The notes below the pieces were generated by a model. The model searched no databases and was not told the DNA's origin. It saw only the letters and a list, made by a program, of their open reading frames with translations. Shown here piece after piece: positions 44,864 to 50,914 of a DNA stretch of 50,914 bases (positions within the stretch are counted from its first letter, which is position 1; each line of letters starts with the position of its first letter). This stretch comes from Armatimonadota bacterium (GTDB lineage: Bacteria > Armatimonadota > Zipacnadia > Zipacnadales > UBA11051). Made by a program: the position numbers and the translations under genes. Location: assembly GCA_046483205.1 (NCBI GenBank), contig JAWODS010000237.1, forward strand, positions 1 to 50,914, in the 5' to 3' direction.

Positions 44864-47320
44864 CTACTGGACTGCACTGGCGCCGCCCTGCCAATCCAGC
44901 CTCACGGCACGGTCGCCGGCGGTGAACAGGTACCCGTCACCGGACGATTCCACCTGCACCTGTGGCGGCTCCTCGCCCGCATCCGCCCACGTTACAGCGG
45001 TGACGTTGCGCCACTCTGAGCCGTTCTTTTTAAGCTGGATGGTGAAGTCTTCAATCTCTCCGCCGTGCCGGGCCTGGCCCGCGATCATCTTCGCAGCGAC
45101 TTCCACACCCCGCGTCGTCAGCGGCTCAAAACGCATCACGGTATCTTCAGTGGTGCACATGTACGCCGACCCATCCTGCTGGGCCTCTTCCGGCCCCGGG
45201 TGAAACCGCAGCTCGAGATCATGTGTGCCCTCGCAGGTGATGTCGTCGGCGACGATCACCACGTTGGGCTTCATGAAAATGACGTGACGGATGAACTGCT
45301 GCAGGCCACAATCCTCCGCATACGCCTCGGTCGCATCACCCACGATATAGTGAAAGGTCTCGTGAGACTCGGCGGCGAGGATTTTCGGATGGGCCTTGGC
45401 GCGCAATTGCTCGGCTCCCTGCAACCACATTTTCCCCTCACCAAGCTGGCCCGATCCATCAATCATCAGTGTGTTGTGATGGCCGGTCCACTTCGGACGG
45501 TAGCCGTCATCACGCAGCACGAAGTCATTGTTCGCAAAGATGAGCAGGTGATTGGCGTCGGGGTGAACGTGCCCGCCGCCGGGGTCGGAGAAGAACTCGT
45601 CTATGGCCTCATGGCCGATGTAGGGGCCGCATTTGAAGAATACCATCGTCTCATCGCCCGACCAGCCGGTGCGGCATGAGACGATTTCCATGTCATCAAA
45701 ATGGTGCATGGTGGGCAGGTCATCAGGCGGCGTCGGCTCCACATCCGGGTCATACCACACCAGGTTCAGCCAGCGGGCCTGCGGAGAATCAACATCGGCC
45801 TCATCAACGCGATCCGCCAGCCACTGAGCGTAGCCGTCATCGTATTCGGCGGCCAGCTTCCGGAGAAGATAATCCGGCCCATACCAGTGGTACAGCGGGC
45901 AGTCGGCGATATTGACGATGCGCCTGCCCTCATCCCAGGCGTCACGCGGAAGGGCGCAGTAGAGCCCGTATTTCGCCGTATTGCGCCACCACTGGTTGTC
46001 GAACATATCCTCATCGAGAAGCTGTCGTGACAGGTGCATGAACTTCAGCATGTACTCGACACCGTACTCCCAGTAGCCGTAGCCCTCATGGGAGGCGCCG
46101 TCGGGGCCGAGGGCGTCCATGGTGCGTTGGAATTTCGCTCTTGCGGTGCCCACCCAGTTTCCGGCTTCCGGATGCTCATCGTAAATTGCCAGCCCGGCCG
46201 CCGCCAGGCCGCACACGTTCACCCACAGATGGTTCTGCAGGTACGCGCCATCCCACCAGCCGCTGCCCTTGGCGGCCTCGAACATGATATTTCCGCACGA
46301 TTTCAGGCAGTCCAGAATCGTCTGCCGGGTTTCGGGGCTGAGGTCGTCATGGCACCAGTCGTAGATCATGGCGAGGCCGAAAAGCTGGTGCCCGGCGGCG
46401 AGGTCCTTGCCGTCACGCGCTCCGGAGCCCCAGGTGGAATACGAACATGAGGCCAGCGCCCAGTCCTCGCACGCCTGCAGATATGTGCGGTTGCCGCTGA
46501 TGATGTAGGCCATGGCGAGGTACGGCATGTCGTTGCCCATGCCCCGCTGCCAGAGCTGCTCGCCTTCTTTGTCCTGCTTTTCAAACTCCCGCGGCCCACG
46601 CTTGACCACCCGGTCGGCGTGCTCCTGGACCTCCTCCCACAGGTGCTGGTGGGTGCTTCCGGCGGCGTGCCGCAGCTCCGCCAGTTTTTCAGCGGTGAGA
46701 TACAGGCGCGGATGCACGCCCGACATCTCTTTCATCGATTCCGGCATCTCCCCGAGCTTATACTTCTCGGGGACGGTCAGCTTATCGATGGTTTCGAGCA
46801 CCACCTCATCGAGGTAGGCGTCAATCTCCATGGGGATGTCGCTCCCCTTCTCCAGAGCCAGCCAGCAGTGGTCAACCCCCTTCGGGGCGTGAAATTCGGC
46901 GAAGAGCTTCTGCCACTGGCCCATCTTCGCGTAATCATAGCTCGTCGTGTTGGAGCGGCCGAGGCTTGCGCCCTTTTCTTTGGGTACAAACTCGCACTTC
47001 AGGAAGGGCGGTGGTGTCGTTTCACTGTGGCTGTCCACGCGCACCCATGCAGACAGGCGGTAAAGCTGGCCGGCTTCCATGGGAGCGTGATCAGAAATCG
47101 CGTAGTTCCAGCCGGTTTCGATGGGCCCTTTGATGTGCAGGCAGGCGGTGCTCTCGTCGGTGGCACCCATGTCTTCGACACGGGATATTTCGATGGTATC
47201 GGCCCTGGGCCGCCAGCCGGTCTCCGCATCCTCGAAGTTGAACTCAGCCACTACCTCGCCAAACACAGGTGTGGCGACCAGGCTTGCGATTAGCAGCAAA
47301 ACGAGCATACAGTGTTTCAT
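44864..47320 (-). CDS. Secreted heparinase II/III-like polysaccharide lyase family protein with N-terminal CBM-like module
   Basis: Signal peptide from ATG 47320 (MKHCMLVLLLIASLVATPVFG) with GGGAGG upstream. HPRLYLTAEKLAELRH opens an (alpha/alpha)-toroid-type domain. The later segment GHHNTLMIDGSGQ is typical of the Hepar_II_III C-terminal domain. The track's 61-codon extension overlaps the DegT gene. Confidence 0.75.
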   Translation of the reverse strand: MKHCMLVLLLIASLVATPVFGEVVAEFNFEDAETGWRPRADTIEISRVEDMGATDESTACLHIKGPIETGWNYAISDHAPMEAGQLYRLSAWVRVDSHSETTPPPFLKCEFVPKEKGASLGRSNTTSYDYAKMGQWQKLFAEFHAPKGVDHCWLALEKGSDIPMEIDAYLDEVVLETIDKLTVPEKYKLGEMPESMKEMSGVHPRLYLTAEKLAELRHAAGSTHQHLWEEVQEHADRVVKRGPREFEKQDKEGEQLWQRGMGNDMPYLAMAYIISGNRTYLQACEDWALASCSYSTWGSGARDGKDLAAGHQLFGLAMIYDWCHDDLSPETRQTILDCLKSCGNIMFEAAKGSGWWDGAYLQNHLWVNVCGLAAAGLAIYDEHPEAGNWVGTARAKFQRTMDALGPDGASHEGYGYWEYGVEYMLKFMHLSRQLLDEDMFDNQWWRNTAKYGLYCALPRDAWDEGRRIVNIADCPLYHWYGPDYLLRKLAAEYDDGYAQWLADRVDEADVDSPQARWLNLVWYDPDVEPTPPDDLPTMHHFDDMEIVSCRTGWSGDETMVFFKCGPYIGHEAIDEFFSDPGGGHVHPDANHLLIFANNDFVLRDDGYRPKWTGHHNTLMIDGSGQLGEGKMWLQGAEQLRAKAHPKILAAESHETFHYIVGDATEAYAEDCGLQQFIRHVIFMKPNVVIVADDITCEGTHDLELRFHPGPEEAQQDGSAYMCTTEDTVMRFEPLTTRGVEVAAKMIAGQARHGGEIEDFTIQLKKNGSEWRNVTAVTWADAGEEPPQVQVESSGDGYLFTAGDRAVRLDWQGGASAVQ

Positions 47321-47351
47321 CGTTCTGTGTGCCTCCCACGATGCTTCATCG

Positions 47352-48584
47352 TCAGCTTTTTGCGATCCGGTCGGCGGCCTCCCACAGGGCCGCACAGATG
47401 TAGCGGTTGTCCGCGTCGGGCATTTTCGGGTGTATCGGCGCACAAAGAAGCCTGTTCCCCAGCTCCTCGGAGACCGGCACCTCCTGGCCGCTGGTGGCCT
47501 CACCGAGCAGCCCTTTGATCCTCGTCACCGGAGGGTTCGCCACGACCGTGTTGACGCGATACTCCTCGGCCAGAAGCTCCATCAGGTTGTCGCGCTTCTC
47601 GCCGGCCCAGTCCTCCGGCACAAGCAGTGTGTACAGGTAGTAGCTGTGGCGGCAGTCTTCCGGCTCGTAGGGGGTGATGAGGTACGGGTTGTCTGCCAGC
47701 ATTTCGGTTCTCCGTGCGGCGAGGCGGCGGCGTCCGTCAATCATCTCATCCAGCTTCTTGAGCTGCACGGATCCGACCGCCGCCTGCACGCGCGTCATCT
47801 TATAATTGGTACCCCAACCACTGGTCTCGTTGCCGAACTGGCGGATTCCGCGCAGCATCTCGTGGGCCTGTTCATCATCGGTCACCACCGCACCGCCCTC
47901 GCCCAATGTGGTCATATTTTTCATGGTGTGGAAGCTGAAAACGGTCATCCAGCCGTGCTTGCCGATCTTTTCGCCCTTATAGCCTCCACCCAGCGCGCGG
48001 GCGGCATCGGTAATCAGCCTGATCTCGCCCTCCCGGTGGTGTTTGTGGCGCCCGGCGACCTCGGCGAGGTCGTCCATGGGGGCCGACAGACCGTTCATGT
48101 GCACGGGGTAGATAGCGCGGGTATTTTCGGTGATGCGGCGCTCGACATCAGCCGGATCCGCCTGCAGCGTCCGGGGGTCGCAGTCACACAACACCAGCTT
48201 CGCACCCTGGCCGAGAACCGAAAGCGGCGCCGCCCGGAAGTTCAGCGCCGGGACGATTACCTCGTCATCGGGCTGCAGGTCCAGGCACATCATGACCATA
48301 TCCAGCCCGGAGCCTGCACCGTTGATGGAAACCGCGTATTCGGTGCCGATATATTCGGCGAACTCCGCCTCGAAATCCAGGATATCGTCGGTGATGAAGC
48401 CGAAGCCCTCGTTGTAGGCCATGGAGCGCTTGATGCAGTCCACCACGGCGTCAATCTCCGGCTGGCCGTAATAGCTTCCGAGATGCGGTTCTCCCTGCCA
48501 GTCGATGCTGGGGCCGCCGCGGGCCAGTGCATTCCTGCGTTCCTGTTCGGTCACTGCAATCGCCTCCGTGCTACTTTCGCTCAT
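47352..48584 (-). CDS. DegT/DnrJ/EryC1/StrS-family PLP-dependent aminotransferase
   Basis: AVSINGAGSGLDMVMMCL and FSFHTMKNMTTLGEGGAVVTDD (PLP-lysine context) are family hallmarks. I set the start at ATG 48584, which overlaps the folC 3' end by 14 nt. Confidence 0.9.
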   Translation of the reverse strand: MSESSTEAIAVTEQERRNALARGGPSIDWQGEPHLGSYYGQPEIDAVVDCIKRSMAYNEGFGFITDDILDFEAEFAEYIGTEYAVSINGAGSGLDMVMMCLDLQPDDEVIVPALNFRAAPLSVLGQGAKLVLCDCDPRTLQADPADVERRITENTRAIYPVHMNGLSAPMDDLAEVAGRHKHHREGEIRLITDAARALGGGYKGEKIGKHGWMTVFSFHTMKNMTTLGEGGAVVTDDEQAHEMLRGIRQFGNETSGWGTNYKMTRVQAAVGSVQLKKLDEMIDGRRRLAARRTEMLADNPYLITPYEPEDCRHSYYLYTLLVPEDWAGEKRDNLMELLAEEYRVNTVVANPPVTRIKGLLGEATSGQEVPVSEELGNRLLCAPIHPKMPDADNRYICAALWEAADRIAKS

Positions 48585-49926
48585 GATATACACATTCGAG
48601 AAATTCGCCGACAACGTAAAACGAACCGGTTACCAGAATGCAATCCCGGGGACCTGCTGTCTTGCGAGCGCCTTCGACCGCCTCAATGACAGACCGGGTC
48701 GTCTCAAACCTCTTCCATTCGTGCTGCGTTTTTACCTTCAGGATATCCACCGGCATCGCCCGCTGAATCCGGGCCTGGGTGAGTACCGCGACATCCGTGA
48801 TCGGAGCCAGTGCCCGGGCCACCGCCGCGGCATCCTTCTCGCGGGAGATACCCAGGATCACAATGAGCCGGTCGTACTCCAGCAACGGGGGGAGGGCTTC
48901 AGCGAGGGCGGCTGCGGACTGTGCGTTGTGCGCGCAATCGGTGACGATCCACGGGCGGGCGTCCATGATCTGCAGGCGGCCGGGCCAGCGGATATCCGCG
49001 GCCCCGGTGGCGATGTCCTCGCGGCTGATCTCATAACCGCAGTCGTTCAGCACATCAACAATCCCCACCGCGACCGAGAAGTTTGTCGCCTGGTGCGGCC
49101 CCAGAAGGCTCAGATCGTAGGTGACGGCCCCGTCATCGTGCTGCAGTGTAACCTGTTGCACGGGTGGCGAGGAATCGTGGGCCTCGTCGGGCACCGGGAT
49201 TTTTCGGGGTGGTTTGACCTCGATGACCTCCGGCGGCCTGACTACCGGGGCATTGAGCTGCTTCGCGCGCTCGGTCACCACCACGTCCGCCTCCGGAGCG
49301 TTTGGAGCAACCACCACGGGTATATCAGGCTTGATAATACCCGCTTTTTCGGCGGCGATCTCCTCGATTGTATCGCCCAGCACCTTCGTATGATCCAACC
49401 CCAGGGTGGTGATGGCACAGGCGAGCGGGGTGATGATATTCGTCGAATCCAGCCGCCCGCCCAGCCCCGTCTCGATGACCGCCAGATCCACGTTTTCCCT
49501 GGCGAAATGGATAAAACACATCGCCGTATAAACTTCGAAAAAGGTGGCGGAGGTGAGTTTTTTGTCCTCCCGCATCCGCGCCACCGTCGGGCGCACCTGT
49601 TCGACGAGGTGAATCATCTCGTCGCGGGAAAGAGGGCTGCCGTTGACGCGGATGCGCTCGCGTGGAGAGACCAGGTGTGGTGAGGTGAACAGCCCTGTTT
49701 TGTAACCGGCGGCGCGGGTGATGGCCTCTACAAGCGCCGCCACAGAGCCCTTGCCCTTGGTCCCGGCGATATGCACCATGCGCAGATCATCCTGCGGATT
49801 GCCCAAGCTTTCGGCCAGGAAGGTCATGCTGTCGAGGTTGACCTTCTGGCCAAACTCCCGCCGGAACCCCAGCTTCTCGTAATCCACCAGTGAATTCAGG
49901 AACTCGATTGCCTCGCTGTAGTCCAT
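48571..49926 (-). CDS. folC: Folylpolyglutamate synthase/dihydrofolate synthase
   Basis: Mur-ligase P-loop VHIAGTKGKGS, then ETGLGGRLDSTN and GLDHTKVLGDTIEEIAAEKAGIIK. ATG 49926 is 4 nt after the upstream gene's stop. Confidence 0.9.
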   Translation of the reverse strand: MDYSEAIEFLNSLVDYEKLGFRREFGQKVNLDSMTFLAESLGNPQDDLRMVHIAGTKGKGSVAALVEAITRAAGYKTGLFTSPHLVSPRERIRVNGSPLSRDEMIHLVEQVRPTVARMREDKKLTSATFFEVYTAMCFIHFARENVDLAVIETGLGGRLDSTNIITPLACAITTLGLDHTKVLGDTIEEIAAEKAGIIKPDIPVVVAPNAPEADVVVTERAKQLNAPVVRPPEVIEVKPPRKIPVPDEAHDSSPPVQQVTLQHDDGAVTYDLSLLGPHQATNFSVAVGIVDVLNDCGYEISREDIATGAADIRWPGRLQIMDARPWIVTDCAHNAQSAAALAEALPPLLEYDRLIVILGISREKDAAAVARALAPITDVAVLTQARIQRAMPVDILKVKTQHEWKRFETTRSVIEAVEGARKTAGPRDCILVTGSFYVVGEFLECVYHERK

Positions 49927-49930
49927 GTAT

Positions 49931-50914
49931 TTAGCTCCACGGTGAAGGGACATCGAGCAGTGCGCGGCCGAGCCCGATGATGGTGTAGATGCCGTTGTAG
50001 GTGTTGGTGCGCAGCTTTTCCTCTCTGGTCATGTCCGGGAAGTTGCCCTCCCACGCCGCCTGTGCCTCGTAGGTGAAGGAGTAGATTCCGAGATTTGCGG
50101 AGAAGAAGTGGCTGTTGAACCACCGGTCGGCGCCCTGCCAGCCCTCCTGCAGCTCCGGTCCACCGGCTTCCACGGTATGCTCCCGGGTGAGCTCAAACAG
50201 TTGCACGTGCTCGTCGTAATCTCCCGACGTATGCTCCTCCGGATAGATTCCCAGCCACGGGGGGCTTTTGTGTGAATGCAGGTCCATATAGCAATCGATG
50301 CGGTTTTTGCGCAGGTACTGCAGCATCTGCTGTGTTTCGACGGCCATGCTTTCGGTGCGTGATTTGGGCCGGTTGATCAAACGCCCGGCATCGTTGAATC
50401 GCGCTCCGAGGTATTTGATGTAATCCAGCCGATCGGTCACGTCGGAGTCTTCGCCCCAGGGGCCGAAGGTGCGCTTGCGATCCAGAGTCTGGCCGTTTTT
50501 CCAGAAGCCTACATGCAGGTGATTGACGGCCTCCCACTCCATCCCGGCATAGCATTTCACGGGGCTGCGGGCGGAGGCGTCCACGTTGTACAGGGGCATG
50601 AGATAGAAGCCGACATCTTTGACAGCGTCCTGAAGCTCCGGCCACTCTTTGCCGAGGAGATCGTGGCCGCTTTCGAAGACCTTTATCATATTGGTGATCG
50701 AGGCGACGCCCTCGGTTTCCGTCCCGTGGGTCCCGCCGGTCAGACATACTGTTCGCCGGGGGTCATCTGGCCCGTAATAGGCGACAGACAGTGGACGTCC
50801 ACCGGCGCTTTGCCCCACACTCTGCAGCCTGGCTTTATTCAGGGCCCGCAGATAGCCCTGCACCTCCTCATACCCCACCAGCCAGAAATCCGGGGCGTCG
50901 GTGTACTTGCTGAT
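49931..50914 (-). CDS. M14-family zinc carboxypeptidase-like protein (5' end outside the window)
   Basis: HxxE zinc motif in LTGGTHGTETEG and a second ligand context in YMDLHSH. The reading frame stays open to the window edge (...ISKYTDAPDFWLVGYEEVQ), so the gene is truncated. Confidence 0.7.
   Translation of the reverse strand: MSKYTDAPDFWLVGYEEVQGYLRALNKARLQSVGQSAGGRPLSVAYYGPDDPRRTVCLTGGTHGTETEGVASITNMIKVFESGHDLLGKEWPELQDAVKDVGFYLMPLYNVDASARSPVKCYAGMEWEAVNHLHVGFWKNGQTLDRKRTFGPWGEDSDVTDRLDYIKYLGARFNDAGRLINRPKSRTESMAVETQQMLQYLRKNRIDCYMDLHSHKSPPWLGIYPEEHTSGDYDEHVQLFELTREHTVEAGGPELQEGWQGADRWFNSHFFSANLGIYSFTYEAQAAWEGNFPDMTREEKLRTNTYNGIYTIIGLGRALLDVPSPWS

Noticed and set aside
47321-47503. 61-codon extension of the heparinase-like ORF.
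   Set aside because: It overlaps the DegT 3' end. ATG 47320 has GGGAGG upstream and starts a clean signal peptide.
47121-48689. 522-aa ORF on the plus strand.
   Set aside because: It is antisense to the DegT aminotransferase gene and the heparinase-like 5' end, both of which have clear family signatures on the minus strand.
48505-49683. 392-aa ORF on the plus strand.
   Set aside because: It is antisense to folC, whose Mur-ligase P-loop is on the minus strand.

Overview
Visibly GC-rich bacterial chromosomal fragment. I call 33 protein-coding genes, the last one truncated at the window edge. By eye I recognised no rRNA, tRNA, CRISPR array, transposase or integrase. All family calls rest on motif recognition in the supplied translations, because no searches could be run.

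Gene content, left to right:
- 163-3014: an S8 peptidase lipoprotein with a 1-nt TAATG stop/start overlap with a vWA lipoprotein.
- 3233-4240: a Gfo/Idh/MocA oxidoreductase.
- 4250-8375 (minus strand): an isolated two-gene module. A 758-aa CHAT-like protein overlaps by 8 nt a full-length Hsp90/HtpG paralogue.
- 8596-12819: a 1407-aa BcrAD/BadFG-type activase fusion behind a near-consensus promoter.
- 13031-14871: a pentapeptide-repeat protein plus a GerW/YtfJ pair.
- 15025-23312: two tandem ~1150-aa S8 peptidases with FN3-like and FlgD-Ig-like C-termini, followed by a Big_2 lipoprotein.
- 23388-25655: EamA transporter, DUF402 protein and a sugar-phosphate isomerase.
- 26108-30406: a 2-hydroxyacid dehydrogenase, one GT2 and two GT9 glycosyltransferases.
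- 30791-32606: TatD and a TolB-like beta-propeller lipoprotein.
- 32910-47320: a stretch rich in glycan-degrading and glycan-modifying genes. It holds a CBM-GH-like protein, a rhomboid protease, a NodB deacetylase, a BNR sialidase fused to a lectin-like domain, a DUF1080 protein, a transaldolase, an LmbE deacetylase and a heparinase II/III-like protein.
- 47352-50914: DegT aminotransferase, FolC and a partial M14 carboxypeptidase.

Main second-look items:
1. The CHAT-like/Hsp90-like pair. Both partners appear to have lost their canonical catalytic residues while staying intact ORFs. This is my best candidate for an undescribed system.
2. Two dense clusters of DnaA-box-like 9-mers (25793-25942 and 30526-30784). 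They bracket the glycosyltransferase cassette and share a 23-bp composite tandem-box element. They could be an oriC component or a DnaA titration/regulatory locus.

Many long antisense ORFs in the track are GC-driven shadows and were rejected.
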